Origin: an uncultured delta proteobacterium
GTDB lineage: Bacteria > Myxococcota > Kuafuiibacteriia > Kuafuiibacteriales > Kuafuiibacteriaceae
Direction of reading: 5' to 3'
DNA: 64,000 nt
Assembly: GCA_963803435.1 (NCBI GenBank)
Contig: CAWDML010000009.1
Span: 768,001-832,000, forward strand
Positions within the stretch are counted from its first letter, which is position 1, and every line of letters starts with the position of its first letter. Under the pieces are notes generated by a model that was given only the letters and a program-made list of their open reading frames with translations, was not told the DNA's origin and did not search any database. Below, in pieces: positions 41,490 to 52,218 of the stretch. A program made the translations under genes and the position numbers.

Positions 41490-42220
41490 GCACCGCCGGG
41501 CTCGTCGTGATCGGAAACGAGGTCCTCTCCGGGAAGGTCGAGGAGGAGAATGCGCGCTTCCTGATCCGGCAGCTCCGGGATCTCGGCGTCATGCTGATGC
41601 GGGTCGTCTTCATCCGCGACGACGTCGAGACGATCGCGCGCGACGTCCGCGAGATGTCCGCGGCGTTCGACCACGTCTTTACGAGCGGCGGGGTCGGATC
41701 GACCCACGACGATGTCACCCTTCACGCGATCGCACAGGCGTTCGGCGTCGAGCTCGAGGACAACGCGGTGCTCGTGGGCATGCTCGAAGCGCACTACGGC
41801 GAGCGGATGAACGCGGCGGTGCGCCGCATGGGCCGGCTGCCCCAGGGCGCCGAGCTGGTCGGGCTGGAGGAGCTGCGCTACCCGCTGGTGAAGGTCCGCA
41901 ACGTGTTCGTCTTCCCCGGAGTGCCTGTCTTCCTGCGCTCGAAGTTCGAGGTCGTGAAACGACTCATCGAGGGCACACCGTTCATCCTCCACCAGATTTA
42001 CCTCAACGTCGGAGAGGATCGGATCGCCGAGCCGCTCACCGAGATCGATCGTGCGTTTCCCGGGGTGGAGTTCGGGTCCTATCCGCGGTTTGACGATGCC
42101 GACCATCAGGTGAAGCTCACCGTGGAGGGGCGGGATCCCGAGCAGGTGGCCGCCGGGTTGAAGGCCTTGCTCGGCCGACTGGATCCGGCGTGGGTGGTTC
42201 GGGTCGAGTCGCCCGTTTGA
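41486..42220 (+). CDS. CinA-like molybdopterin-binding-domain protein
   Basis: VIGNEVLSGK, TSGGVGSTHDDVT, FPGVP. Confidence 0.85.
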   Translation: MSTAGLVVIGNEVLSGKVEEENARFLIRQLRDLGVMLMRVVFIRDDVETIARDVREMSAAFDHVFTSGGVGSTHDDVTLHAIAQAFGVELEDNAVLVGMLEAHYGERMNAAVRRMGRLPQGAELVGLEELRYPLVKVRNVFVFPGVPVFLRSKFEVVKRLIEGTPFILHQIYLNVGEDRIAEPLTEIDRAFPGVEFGSYPRFDDADHQVKLTVEGRDPEQVAAGLKALLGRLDPAWVVRVESPV

Positions 42221-42256
42221 CCCGATTCTGAACCGCGTGATACCCCGCGGGGGTCG

Positions 42257-43450
42257 ATGCGACCATTGCTCGCCGGTGTCTTGATCCTCGGTGCGCTCGC
42301 AGGCGCGTCCGGGGCACACGCCGCCAAGAAAGAGGGCGCGATCTTGATCCTGAAGCTGGAGTCGGAAGGGCTCGCCCCCGAGCTGGTGACCGTCCTGGAC
42401 GAGGCGGTCAGGACCGGCGTGCGCCGCGCCAAGAAGGGCCGGGTGCTCCCCGCGCCCGCCCTCGACTTCAGCGGGATGCAGATGGCGGCCGGGTGCCTCG
42501 ACGACAGCGCCGACTGCCTGCTGTCGATGGGCCGCCCGCTGAACGCTACCCGGGTGATCCGGGTGGTGATGAGCGGGAACAACGAGCATGCCACGTTCAC
42601 GATCACCGTCGTCGGCATGAAGAAGGGCCGCGCGCAAACCTACGAGGCCAAGCTCGACGACCTCGGCCCCGAGAGCAAAGAAGAGCTCACATGGCACACG
42701 CTCGCCGCGCTCGGGATCAAGCAGCCGCCGCTCGAGGGCGGGATCGAGCTCTTCATGGCCAGCAGCATCGGTAGCCTGGAAGGGGCGGAGTATTTCCTCG
42801 ACGACAAGAAGGTGCCGCGCAGCGCGCTCGAGAGCCTGGCGCCGGGCGCGCACCGGGTCGAGGTCCATCAGAAGGGCTTCGAGACGTTCATCTGGATCGG
42901 CGAGATCAAGAAGGGACGCACCGAGCAGGTGCGCGTGGAGTTCAAGCCCCGGCAGTCGACGGCGGTCGCGGTGGGCCCGCCGGACGAGCCGCCGCCGGGA
43001 TCGTGGCGCCGCCATGACGACCTACCTCCGCCCGCAGGCGAGTCGCCGCCGCCGTCTCTGCGCGTGGCGACCACGCACGAGGCCCCGATCATCTACACGT
43101 TCGTCGTCGGCGGTGCCGCGGTGGTGGCGGCGGGCGTGGCGGTGGCCTTCCTCGTGATCGGCAAGAACGCGCATGACGCGCTGGTGCCGCACAAGGATGA
43201 TCCGAACTACAGCCAGTGCACGGAAGATCGCTCGCTCCCCGAGTGCGAGCCCTTCCAACCGCACCTGGATCGGCTGCACTCCGCGACGATCGGCAACTTC
43301 GCCGGCTTCATCACGGCCGGCGTGCTGGCGGCCGGCGCCGTCGGTGTCTTTTTCCTGGAGAAGAACGCCGAGGTCGAAGGACACGACGTTGCTTTCGGCG
43401 TGGCGCCGACCGACGGCGGTGCGGCCGCGTCCATGTCGATGCGGTTCTGA
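42257..43450 (+). CDS. PEGA-domain exported/membrane protein
   Basis: Signal peptide, PGAHRVEVHQKGFE, two C-terminal hydrophobic segments, terminal Phe. Confidence 0.7.
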   Translation: MRPLLAGVLILGALAGASGAHAAKKEGAILILKLESEGLAPELVTVLDEAVRTGVRRAKKGRVLPAPALDFSGMQMAAGCLDDSADCLLSMGRPLNATRVIRVVMSGNNEHATFTITVVGMKKGRAQTYEAKLDDLGPESKEELTWHTLAALGIKQPPLEGGIELFMASSIGSLEGAEYFLDDKKVPRSALESLAPGAHRVEVHQKGFETFIWIGEIKKGRTEQVRVEFKPRQSTAVAVGPPDEPPPGSWRRHDDLPPPAGESPPPSLRVATTHEAPIIYTFVVGGAAVVAAGVAVAFLVIGKNAHDALVPHKDDPNYSQCTEDRSLPECEPFQPHLDRLHSATIGNFAGFITAGVLAAGAVGVFFLEKNAEVEGHDVAFGVAPTDGGAAASMSMRF

Positions 43451-43998
43451 TGGCGCCGCTCCTCCTCTTGCTGCTCTTCGGCGGCGAGCGCGTGCCGCTG
43501 TGGGTGACGTTCGACGTGCTGAATCCGCGCACGCTCGGCGGGCATCGGATCCTGCACCTCGAGGACGTGGTGGGACCGGACGCCCGCGACGACATCCCGG
43601 GTCTCGTCCATCCCCGTGCCGTCCTGATCTTCTCCACCACGCTCGAGCAGTGCGAGACGGGCACGCTCTGTCGCACGGCGCAGCAACTTGCAGAGATCAA
43701 AGGTGGTTTGGTGGTGGGTGTGGTTCTCGCCGAGCGAGAGGCGGTCGTGCGTGTCAAAAGGGAGATCCCGCGCTTTGAATATTCGTTCCCGCTGACCGTC
43801 GATGCCTACGGAGTGCTAGGGCAGGCCCTCAAACTCGATCGACCGGGTGTCTTTCTTGTGGTTAACTCGAAGTCTGACGTGGCGCGGTTCGTCCCCCCCT
43901 CCGAGGGGAGTGATCAGACCCTCCGAGATCGTTTTCTCGCCGAGGTGAAGGGGGCATTCCTGGAGGCCTCGAAGCGAGAGGAAGAGGAGGAGCGATGA
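43450..43998 (+). CDS. Thioredoxin-fold (redoxin-like) exported protein
   Basis: VLIFSTTLEQC...C and FPLTVD..G pattern; non-canonical Cys spacing. Confidence 0.5.
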   Translation: MAPLLLLLLFGGERVPLWVTFDVLNPRTLGGHRILHLEDVVGPDARDDIPGLVHPRAVLIFSTTLEQCETGTLCRTAQQLAEIKGGLVVGVVLAEREAVVRVKREIPRFEYSFPLTVDAYGVLGQALKLDRPGVFLVVNSKSDVARFVPPSEGSDQTLRDRFLAEVKGAFLEASKREEEEER

Positions 43999-44462
43999 GA
44001 CGGGCAGGGGTGGTTCTGACGGCGTTGTCGCTGCTCTCCGGGGCGGCGCTGGCCGAGGGCAAGCCCAAGCTCCTGGTCCAGGATCTGACGGCGCAGGGCG
44101 TCGAGCCGCACGAAGCCCAGGTCCTCTCGACGGCCACCTGCAACGCGTTCTCCAAGTCCACCAAGTACGACGTGCTCTGCGGCGACGATCTCCGCAACAT
44201 GATGCGGTTCGGCGTGCTGGCCGCCTCGTTCGACGGCTGCGCCAACGACGAGTGCTACACCAACGTGGGCCGGGCGCTCCAGGCCCGGTACGTGGTGGCC
44301 GGCTCGGTGAGCCGGCTCGGCAAGATCTATGTGCTCTCGCTGTCGATGCTCGACACCCAGAGCGGCCGCTCCGTCGGTCGGACCGAGCTCAAGGCGGATA
44401 CGCTCGAGGCCCTCCACGACCAGGTCCCCGAGGCGTACTCGGCCATCGTCACCGGGCGGTAG
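43995..44462 (+). CDS. Exported hypothetical protein (TolB_N/CsgG-like)
   Basis: Signal peptide, C...C..VGRALQARYVVAGSVSRLG. Confidence 0.6.
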   Translation: MRRAGVVLTALSLLSGAALAEGKPKLLVQDLTAQGVEPHEAQVLSTATCNAFSKSTKYDVLCGDDLRNMMRFGVLAASFDGCANDECYTNVGRALQARYVVAGSVSRLGKIYVLSLSMLDTQSGRSVGRTELKADTLEALHDQVPEAYSAIVTGR

Positions 44463-44483
44463 CTCGCATTTGCATCGACCCGG

Positions 44484-45605
44484 TTACAGGTTGCGGAAGA
44501 ACGGTGGGCCGCGCTTCGCCTTGGCGGGGGGCGGGCCGAACAGCTCGATGGCGTTGCCGAAGTAGATCCGATCGAGGACGGCCTTGGGGAGCGCCAGGCC
44601 GTGGATGTCCCAGCGGCCCTGGATCGGCGTGGGGCTCGGGATCGTCCGGTCGGTCTCGAGCCAGACCCAGTGGGCCGCGAAGTAGGGACCGACCTCGTCG
44701 CGGGTGTTCGGTGTCTCGCCGGAGGAGCCGAGCATCAGGCCCTTCGGGAACACGCCCAGATCGGTGCCGAACAGGATCCGATCGCTGTGCTTGATGAAGA
44801 TCTCGCGGACCTTCTTTGGATCGTGGCGGCCGATCTCCGGGATCCGCGCGGCGATGTCGACGTACATGTTTGGATGCGCGTCGAGCATCCGGTCCACCCA
44901 CTCGGGATCTTCGGCGTGATTGCCGAAGTGGACCGAGACGAACTTGGTCTCGGGGTGCCGGGTGATCACGTGGGTGAGCTGATCGAGCAGCTGCTCGAAG
45001 CTGGGGATCGGCTTGCCGTAGTTCGACCAGCGCGGGTGGGCGGTGAGCTCCTCGAGGCGCTCGTTGTGCTCGTCGAGCGGCAGCCAGAACGCTGCGGGAT
45101 CGCCAGTGTGGATCACGACCGGGAGGCCGACCTCGCCGGCGGTGGCCCAGATGGGATCGAGGTAGGGATCGTCGACGGCCAGCAAGCCGTTGCCGTCGGG
45201 GCGGGGGACCGCCAAGCCCAGGACCTTCTCGATCTTGAGCGCCCGCACGCCCTTCTTCTTGCCCTCGCGGATCAGCTCCGAGGCGAGCTGGGGAAAGTCG
45301 TCGGGCCGGATCGGGATCGCGCCCCAGGGGAGGTTCATCGCCACCAGCATCCGGCCGCTCTTGGCGGCTGCGGCGAGCTGCTTCTCCAGCGGTCCGCCCG
45401 GCCATAAGCCCGAGAGGTTCAAGACCCAGTCGATGCCGGCCTCGTCCATGATGGACGTGAGCCGATCGATCTCGCCCGGAGAGATGTGCGTGTGCATGTC
45501 GACGACGTATCGCGGGCCTTCGTCTGGAGGAGGCGCGGGGCGCGGAGCAGACGCCTCTTCCTTGCAGGCGGAGAGCGCGATCGCGATGATGAGCGCGCGA
45601 TGCAT
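44484..45605 (-). CDS. Amidohydrolase_2 family lipoprotein
   Basis: Lipobox LSAC, DMHTH, IHTGD, VHFG, LFGTD. Confidence 0.85.
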   Translation of the reverse strand: MHRALIIAIALSACKEEASAPRPAPPPDEGPRYVVDMHTHISPGEIDRLTSIMDEAGIDWVLNLSGLWPGGPLEKQLAAAAKSGRMLVAMNLPWGAIPIRPDDFPQLASELIREGKKKGVRALKIEKVLGLAVPRPDGNGLLAVDDPYLDPIWATAGEVGLPVVIHTGDPAAFWLPLDEHNERLEELTAHPRWSNYGKPIPSFEQLLDQLTHVITRHPETKFVSVHFGNHAEDPEWVDRMLDAHPNMYVDIAARIPEIGRHDPKKVREIFIKHSDRILFGTDLGVFPKGLMLGSSGETPNTRDEVGPYFAAHWVWLETDRTIPSPTPIQGRWDIHGLALPKAVLDRIYFGNAIELFGPPPAKAKRGPPFFRNL

Positions 45606-46427
45606 GGCGCCCAACTCGTACCACGACTGTCCGTGCTTTTGCTCTCGAGTTGCGCGGCGACCATGGAGCTGTCCGAGCATCAGGCCAAGATGGCCGAACA
45701 ACAGGCCGCTTACGAGGACCGGATCGCGAAGCTGGACGCCGAGCACCGCAGGGCCGAGCGGGGTTCGGCCGGCACCTTGGAGGAGACCGAGGGCCGTCTC
45801 GCCGCGCAGGACCGGCGGATCACCGATCTGGAGGGCGCGCTCGCCGACAAGCAGCGCCTCCTCGACGACGTGGGATCGCAGCTGATCGATCTGCAGGGCG
45901 CGTTCGCGAAGCTGTCCTCGGGCGAGCGCGCCAAGGCGAGCGCCAAGTCGACGGATCAGAAGAGGAGGGAGGCCGCCCTGGCGCGGATGACGGCGGGCTT
46001 CACGGAGTTGCTCGGTCCCGAGGTCGGGGCGGGCAAGGTCGAGCTGGTCCGTGAGCCGGGCGCGATGGTGGTCGTGTTCGGCGACGGCGCGCTGTTCGCG
46101 CAGGGATCGTCGCAGCTGTCCCGTGAGGCGCTGGCGCTCGCCAAGCGGGTGGCCACCGGGCTGATCGCGGAGAAGGAGTCGCCGATCCGCATCGACGTCC
46201 ACTCCGACAACGTGGTGCCGAAGAAGGGCACCTTCCGCGACTCGTGGTCCCTCACCAGCCAGCAAGGAACGAGCCTGGTGCGGGCGCTCCAGGAGGGCGG
46301 GGTCGATCCCTCGCGGCTGTCCCACCGCGCCTGCGGTCAGTTCGCCCCGCACGCCACCAACGACACCCGGGAGGGGCGCGCGAAGAACCGCCGGGTCGAG
46401 CTTCGATTGCTGGTGACGGACCTCTGA
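45600..46427 (+). CDS. OmpA/MotB-family lipoprotein with coiled coil
   Basis: Lipobox [23 protein letters not shown]; start uncertain. Confidence 0.82.
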   Translation: MHGAQLVPRLSVLLLSSCAATMELSEHQAKMAEQQAAYEDRIAKLDAEHRRAERGSAGTLEETEGRLAAQDRRITDLEGALADKQRLLDDVGSQLIDLQGAFAKLSSGERAKASAKSTDQKRREAALARMTAGFTELLGPEVGAGKVELVREPGAMVVVFGDGALFAQGSSQLSREALALAKRVATGLIAEKESPIRIDVHSDNVVPKKGTFRDSWSLTSQQGTSLVRALQEGGVDPSRLSHRACGQFAPHATNDTREGRAKNRRVELRLLVTDL

Positions 46428-46441
46428 GCTATCAGGAGGCC

Positions 46442-47689
46442 ATGCTCGAACACCTCCGCAAGACCGACCCCGAGATCGCCGACGTCCTGGTGAACGAGAC
46501 CCGCCGCCAAGCGGAGGGGCTCGAGCTGATCGCGAGCGAAAACTTCGTGTCGGAGGCGGTCCTCGAGGCCATGGGCTCTCCGCTCACCAACAAGTACGCC
46601 GAGGGTCTCCCGGGCAAGCGATACTACGGCGGCTGCCAGTTCGTGGACGTCGCGGAGACGCTGGCGATCGAGCGGACCAAGCAGCTCTTCGGCTGCGAGG
46701 CCGCCAACGTTCAGCCGCACTCGGGCGCGCAGGCGAACATGGGCGTGTACTTCGCCGTGCTCGAGCCCGGCGACCGCTACGTCGCGATGAGCCTCAACGA
46801 GGGCGGTCATCTCACGCACGGGTCGAAGGTCAACTTCTCCGGACGGCTCTACCAGCCCATCGCGTACGGCGTGCATCCCGAGACACACCTGATCGACTAC
46901 GACCAGGTGAACCGGCTCCTCAAGGAGCACAAGCCGAAGCTCCTGGTGGCCGGTGCGTCGGCGTACCCGCGGATCATCGACTTCGAGAAGCTGGGCGCGA
47001 TGGCCCGCGACAGCGGCGCCAAGCTGATGTGCGACATCGCCCATATCGCCGGGTTGGTGGCGGCCGGCGAGCACCCGTCGCCGGTCCCGCACGCCGAGTT
47101 CGTCACCACCACCACGCACAAGACACTGCGAGGCCCCCGCGGTGGTCTGATCATGATGCGCGACGCGGAGGCGAAGATCGTGAACAGCCGCGTCTTCCCT
47201 GGCATGCAGGGCGGCCCGCTGATGCACGTGATCGCAGCGAAGGCGGTGGCGCTCAAGGAAGCGCAGGGCGCTGCGTTCAAGAGCTACCAGCAACAGATCG
47301 TGAAGAACGCCCGTGCGATGGCGGAGGCGTTTCTCTCCAAGGGCTACCGGCTGATCTCCGGCGGCACAGACAACCACCTGCTCCTGCTGGACATGCGGAG
47401 CCGCCAGATGACGGGAAAGAAGGCCGAAGAAGCGCTGGCTGGCGCCGACATCACGGTGAACAAGAACATGATCCCGGGCGATCCGGAGTCGCCCTTCGTG
47501 ACCTCGGGGGTCCGGATCGGGACGCCGGCCCTGACGACGCGGGGGATGAAGGAGGCCGAGATGCAGGCCATCGCGGCGATGATCGACCGCGTCCTCCGAA
47601 CTCCGGACGACGCCGCCACGCGGGCGAAGGTCCGGGGCGAGGTCCACGGGCTCGCCCAACAGTTCCCGCTCTACGCCCACTGGTTGTAG
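46442..47689 (+). CDS. glyA: Serine hydroxymethyltransferase
   Basis: [32 protein letters not shown]. Confidence 0.97.
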   Translation: MLEHLRKTDPEIADVLVNETRRQAEGLELIASENFVSEAVLEAMGSPLTNKYAEGLPGKRYYGGCQFVDVAETLAIERTKQLFGCEAANVQPHSGAQANMGVYFAVLEPGDRYVAMSLNEGGHLTHGSKVNFSGRLYQPIAYGVHPETHLIDYDQVNRLLKEHKPKLLVAGASAYPRIIDFEKLGAMARDSGAKLMCDIAHIAGLVAAGEHPSPVPHAEFVTTTTHKTLRGPRGGLIMMRDAEAKIVNSRVFPGMQGGPLMHVIAAKAVALKEAQGAAFKSYQQQIVKNARAMAEAFLSKGYRLISGGTDNHLLLLDMRSRQMTGKKAEEALAGADITVNKNMIPGDPESPFVTSGVRIGTPALTTRGMKEAEMQAIAAMIDRVLRTPDDAATRAKVRGEVHGLAQQFPLYAHWL

Positions 47690-47724
47690 TAGTCGCATAT
47701 CGACCTACACCCAATATTTAGCAT
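47677..47724 (+). promoter_or_regulatory. Putative tandem NrdR boxes upstream of nrdR
   Basis: Strong ACCCAATATTTAGCAT at 47709 and weak CCACTGGTTGTAGTAG at 47677, 32 bp apart. Confidence 0.55.
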
Positions 47725-47779
47725 TGCGTTCCACCCGTTTCACGGGGTAGGCAGCCCGCGTACTCCCGAGGGAGCCGCG

Positions 47780-48265
47780 ATGAAGTGCCCGTTCTGCGCC
47801 AACATGGAGAACAAGGTCATCGACTCGCGGCTGTCGAAGGACGGGCAGGTGATCCGCCGCCGCCGCGAGTGCAACGACTGCGGTAAGCGCTTCACCACCT
47901 ACGAGCGGATCGAGGAGGTCCTGCCGATGGTGGTCAAGGCCGACGGTCGGCGGGAGCCGTTCGATCACGGCAAGCTGGTCACGGGCATCACGCACGCGTG
48001 CGAGAAGCGCGCGGTGCCCCTCAACAAGATCGAGGAGCTGGTCGAAGACATCGAGAAGCAGCTCCAGGAGACCGGCGAGAAAGAAGTCGAGGCTTCCCTG
48101 ATCGGCGAGGAGGTGCTGGTGCGTCTCGCGGACATCGATGACGTCGCGTACATCCGGTACGCCTCCATCTTCCGCAACTTCGCCGACCTCTCGGAGTTCG
48201 CCGACGAGCTCAACGATCTGCTCGAGGAGAGGAAGCGGCGCGCGAAGACGGGCTCAGGGTCGTGA
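47780..48265 (+). CDS. nrdR: Transcriptional repressor NrdR
   Basis: MKCPFC, VIDSR, RRRREC..CGKRFTTYE, ATP cone, VAYIRYAS. Confidence 0.97.
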   Translation: MKCPFCANMENKVIDSRLSKDGQVIRRRRECNDCGKRFTTYERIEEVLPMVVKADGRREPFDHGKLVTGITHACEKRAVPLNKIEELVEDIEKQLQETGEKEVEASLIGEEVLVRLADIDDVAYIRYASIFRNFADLSEFADELNDLLEERKRRAKTGSGS

Positions 48266-49386
48266 GTGAAGGACCCGACGCAACGGCGGAGGGGTTCATG
48301 CGGCTCGCGATCGAGGCGGCGGCAAAGGGCGTCGGACGCACCTCCCCGAACCCGGCGGTCGGCGCAGTCCTGGTTCGAGACGGACGCGTCGTGGCCACCG
48401 GCCATCACGTCGAGGCAGGTTGCGATCACGCGGAGGTGGCGGCGCTGCGGAAGGTCGACTTCGTAGCTGCGGGCTGCGATCTCTACACGACGCTGGAGCC
48501 GTGCAACCACACCGGTCGCACGGGCCCCTGCACCGAGGCGATCCTACGCTCCGGCGTACGCCGCGTCTTCGTGGGCGCGATCGATCCGAACCCGAAGGTC
48601 GCCGGCGGGGGCATCGAGCGTCTCGAGGAGGCGGGCGTCGAGATGATCTGTGGGATCCTCGAGGCCGAGTGCGCCGCGCTCAACGAGCCCTACAATCACG
48701 CGGTCGTGGCGGGGCGGCCCTACGTGGTCCTGAAGGCGGCGACCAGCCTCGACGGGCGCATCGCCACCCGCACCGGGCAGAGCAAGTGGATCACCGGCGA
48801 GGCCGCGCGCGCCGCGGGGCGCCGGCTTCGCGATCAGCTGGACGCGATCGTGGTCGGTGCCAGCACGGTGGTCGCGGACGATCCCGAGCTGACCTGCCGC
48901 TTCGAGGGCGCACGCGATCCGGTGCGTGTCGTCCTCGACTCGACCCTGCGGATCCCGGAGCGGGCCACCATCGTGCGGACGGCCCGCTCGATCCGGACGA
49001 TCATCGCCACCACCCGGGGCGCGAGCCCGAAGAAGGCGGCGGCGCTGGAGAGGGAGGGGGTCGAGATCCGGACCGTCAGGAAGACGAGGGAGGGGCGGGT
49101 CGATCTGAGCCGTCTCTTGGAGATGCTCTTTCAGGAGGAGCTCAACGGATTGCTGGTGGAGGGGGGCCCGACCGTCCACGGTGCGTTCGTCGATGCGCAG
49201 CTGGTCGACAAGGTGGTCCTGTTCGTCGCGCCCATCCTGATCGGCGGCCGGGACGCACCCGGAGCTTTCGGCGGGCGGGGGGCCGGGAAGCTCGAGGAGG
49301 CCCTGACGCTGGAGCGGGTGGCGGTGTCCCGGATCGACGCGGATCTGATGATCGTGGGCTATCCGTCCGTGAGAATGACCCCTTAG
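48262..49386 (+). CDS. ribD: Riboflavin biosynthesis deaminase/reductase
   Basis: PNPAVGA, HAEV, TLEPCNH..PC, SLDGRIA, VEGG. Confidence 0.96.
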   Translation: MSEGPDATAEGFMRLAIEAAAKGVGRTSPNPAVGAVLVRDGRVVATGHHVEAGCDHAEVAALRKVDFVAAGCDLYTTLEPCNHTGRTGPCTEAILRSGVRRVFVGAIDPNPKVAGGGIERLEEAGVEMICGILEAECAALNEPYNHAVVAGRPYVVLKAATSLDGRIATRTGQSKWITGEAARAAGRRLRDQLDAIVVGASTVVADDPELTCRFEGARDPVRVVLDSTLRIPERATIVRTARSIRTIIATTRGASPKKAAALEREGVEIRTVRKTREGRVDLSRLLEMLFQEELNGLLVEGGPTVHGAFVDAQLVDKVVLFVAPILIGGRDAPGAFGGRGAGKLEEALTLERVAVSRIDADLMIVGYPSVRMTP

Positions 49387-49447
49387 CGACTGCAGCGGAA
49401 AAGATGCACTCCGCAGTCGATCCACTGCGCTGAAAGACCACAATCAG

Positions 49448-50212
49448 ATGCGTATACTTCACCGCATGCAGCGGTTTCTCTTGGGTGCGTGGATCGTGGT
49501 GGTGGTGATGTTCGGGCTCGGTATCGCCGCCAAGAAGCGGTACGGCGATTCGCTCCGGCATTCGTTCCATCTCGACATCGGGGATGACGACGACGCGCAG
49601 GCGTCGCTGTCGCCGGTGCCGCCGATCCCGCCGATCCCGCCGATCCCGCCGATCCCGCCGATCCCGCCGCTTCCGCCCGAGCCGTCACGGATCGTGATCG
49701 GCGAGAACGGTCTGGTGCTGGAGTCGGAGGGAGGACGGATCGAGATCAGCCAGGACGCCGACCGAAGCGCCCGTCGCGCGGAGGAGCACGCGCGGCGCAT
49801 GGAAGAGCGCGCGCGCAGGCTCGAGCGGCTCGCCGAAGCCCGGGCGCGCCGCGCCGAAGAGCGCGCCCGCGATCATGAGCGAATGATCGGCGAGCGTGAA
49901 CGGCGGCGCGAGGCCGAAGAGGCGAAGCGCGACGCCGAGCAGGCGAAGCGCGAGGCGGAGCAGGAGCGGCTCGAAGCCCAGCAGGAGGTCCAGGAGCGGT
50001 GCGAAGAGCACGAGCACGAGCACGAGGGCGGGGTGCGGGACTGCCAGCGGCTCAAGGAGCAGGTACGGGCGAAGATCGCCGAGGCCAAGCAGCGGTTGAA
50101 GGCGGTCAAGCTGGACAACCTCGACGTCGACATCGATGTCGACATCGACGAAGACGCCATCGAGCAGGCGATCGAAAAGGCCGCCGAAGCACTCGACCGC
50201 TCCGACGGCTGA
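49448..50212 (+). CDS. Membrane-anchored Pro-rich/coiled-coil hypothetical protein
   Basis: N-terminal TM, (PPI)5, long charged helix. Confidence 0.65.
   Translation: MRILHRMQRFLLGAWIVVVVMFGLGIAAKKRYGDSLRHSFHLDIGDDDDAQASLSPVPPIPPIPPIPPIPPIPPLPPEPSRIVIGENGLVLESEGGRIEISQDADRSARRAEEHARRMEERARRLERLAEARARRAEERARDHERMIGERERRREAEEAKRDAEQAKREAEQERLEAQQEVQERCEEHEHEHEGGVRDCQRLKEQVRAKIAEAKQRLKAVKLDNLDVDIDVDIDEDAIEQAIEKAAEALDRSDG
49621..49665 (+). repeat. 9-bp tandem repeat (GCCGATCCC)x5, coding PPI
   Basis: Five perfect copies read directly. Confidence 0.9.
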
Positions 50213-50225
50213 CGCCGATCCTCAC

Positions 50226-51443
50226 TCAGCCAAGGGCGCGCGTGGCCAGGGCCAGCACCTGATCGAGCCGCGGCGTCGAGGTCTGGAACCAATCGAACAG
50301 CGCGTCCGCGGTGGCCTCCGCCGCCGGTGTCTTCTGGTCGCGCTGGAAGGCGGCGCTCAGCTCGGCGTCGGCCCGGATCCCCTTCGCCAGGGCCTGGCGC
50401 GGAGCAGATCCCGGCGGGCCCGGCTCAAAGGTCTTCTGCCGGAGGAGGTAGAGCTCGATCCCGAGCCGATGGTAGGCGTCGCGGAGGAGCTCGACCGCCG
50501 CGGGGTCCGGCTCGTCGCGCGCATCCCGCGGCAACCAGTTCCAGCCGAAGGTTCCGATGTGCGCGACCATGTCCCCTCCCGTATCGCGGCGCGGCACGGC
50601 GTTGCAGACCAGCGCCCGCAGGATCGACTCGCGGACGCGGTCGGCCAGGCTGGTGGGCCCGCCCTGGAAGGCGAGGCCTTCGAGCTCGGCGGGGTTCGGC
50701 GCGCGCTTCATGAACCATCCGGTGAGCTCGTCGCGGCTCGCGGTCTCGATCGGCTGGTGGTGCTCCGTCTCGAACGCCATCGTGAGCTCGGGCGAGGCGC
50801 GGAGCTCGATGTCGAGGCGGTCGCGGGCGGCCTTCCCGGGCTTCGCGGTGGCGAAGTAGCCGCCGGAGAAGTCGATGCCGATCCGCTGGAGCGAGCGCGT
50901 GAACGCTTCGGTGTAGCGGCGCTCGATCGCGTTCAGCGATCGACCGGAGCCGCCGAGCTCGTTCACGATGTCGCACGAGAGCTGGCGGGCGGCGCGGAGG
51001 GCGCGCTGGGCGAGCGTGGCGAGGAGCGCCTCGTTGGTGTCGGCCTGGATCTGGGCGATCAGCTGGCGGAGCAGCGTGTCGACCTGGAGCTGAGCGTCGC
51101 CGTCGTTCCGGGCGGGCTGTCGCTTGAGAACCGCGTCGGAGGGCGTGACGGCGCCGGCCGAAGCGCCTTGCTGCGTGGTGAGGAGCGCCAGGTACGAGGT
51201 GCTGGCGCGGCCGCGAGTGTCGTTCGAGGAGGTCCGGGCCAGCGAGCGCAGGAAGGCGTCGAAGCCCGAGAGCGTGAAGAAGTCCCGGCCCTCGAGCGCT
51301 TTCCGCAGGGGATCGGTCGGCGGCACGCTCTCGCGCCACAGCTCGGAGAGGATCTCTCGCCGGAGCGCGCCGACGTCTTCGCCGGATCCGAGGCGCGCGA
51401 TCCGTTCGCGGTAAGGGGTGAGGACGGCGGAGGCGTCACGCAT
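50226..51443 (-). CDS. Hypothetical protein
   Basis: 405-aa ORF from ATG 51443, host-like codon usage; no motif recognised. Confidence 0.6.
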   Translation of the reverse strand: MRDASAVLTPYRERIARLGSGEDVGALRREILSELWRESVPPTDPLRKALEGRDFFTLSGFDAFLRSLARTSSNDTRGRASTSYLALLTTQQGASAGAVTPSDAVLKRQPARNDGDAQLQVDTLLRQLIAQIQADTNEALLATLAQRALRAARQLSCDIVNELGGSGRSLNAIERRYTEAFTRSLQRIGIDFSGGYFATAKPGKAARDRLDIELRASPELTMAFETEHHQPIETASRDELTGWFMKRAPNPAELEGLAFQGGPTSLADRVRESILRALVCNAVPRRDTGGDMVAHIGTFGWNWLPRDARDEPDPAAVELLRDAYHRLGIELYLLRQKTFEPGPPGSAPRQALAKGIRADAELSAAFQRDQKTPAAEATADALFDWFQTSTPRLDQVLALATRALG

Positions 51444-51509
51444 GGAAGGTAGGATTGTGCCCGAAGATCGCACTTCCCGCTGTGATCTCGACCGTAGTAA
51501 GGCACCCGC

Positions 51510-52157
51510 GTGTTCACCGGCATCGTCGAGGACATCGGGACGATCGCGCGCGTCTCTGGCGGCGCGGGGGGCGGACGGACGCTCTGGATCCGCACGATGC
51601 TCGATCCAGCCTCGATCCGGATCGGGGACTCGATCTGCACCTCGGGGGTCTGTCTCACGGCGACGCAAAAAGATGGGAGCAGCTTCTCCATCGACGCCGG
51701 CCCCGAGACCTTGACGCGGACGACCATCGGCGAGCTGACCGCCGGCGCGAAGGTGAACCTCGAGCGGTCGTGCACGCTGGAGACCCGGCTGGGTGGGCAT
51801 CTGGTGCAGGGCCACGTCGATGCCGTCGGGGCCGTCCGGTCGATCGTGCCGCACGCGAACGCGCACGACTTCGTGTTCGAGGCGCCGCCCGAGGTCCTGG
51901 CGTTGTGCGTCCCGCGCGGCTCCATCGCGATCGACGGCATCTCGCTCACCATCACCGGTCGCACCCGGGAGACCTTCTCCGTCATGATCATTCCCCATAC
52001 CTTCCGCGAGACCACCCTGGGCGCCGCCCGAGCCGGCACGCGCGTCAACCTGGAGGTGGACATGATCGCCCGCTACGTCGCTGGGCTGCTCGAATCCTAT
52101 CGGATGGAGGAGAAGACGGGCCTCAGCGAGGAATTTCTGCGAAAGCACGGGTACTAG
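51510..52157 (+). CDS. ribE: Riboflavin synthase alpha chain
   Basis: [27 protein letters not shown]. Confidence 0.96.
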   Translation: MFTGIVEDIGTIARVSGGAGGGRTLWIRTMLDPASIRIGDSICTSGVCLTATQKDGSSFSIDAGPETLTRTTIGELTAGAKVNLERSCTLETRLGGHLVQGHVDAVGAVRSIVPHANAHDFVFEAPPEVLALCVPRGSIAIDGISLTITGRTRETFSVMIIPHTFRETTLGAARAGTRVNLEVDMIARYVAGLLESYRMEEKTGLSEEFLRKHGY

Positions 52158-52218
52158 GCGGGAAGGTGCTCTTATCGTTGCTTTCTTCGATGACGGGCGA
52201 TTATCTGCCACAGCCGCC

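Noticed and set aside
32496-49665. Short tandem repeats as a CRISPR array
   Set aside because: Units of 6 and 9 bp with no spacers; no cas genes seen
47690-52218. FMN riboswitch upstream of rib genes
   Set aside because: Intergenic regions are short and lack RFN motifs
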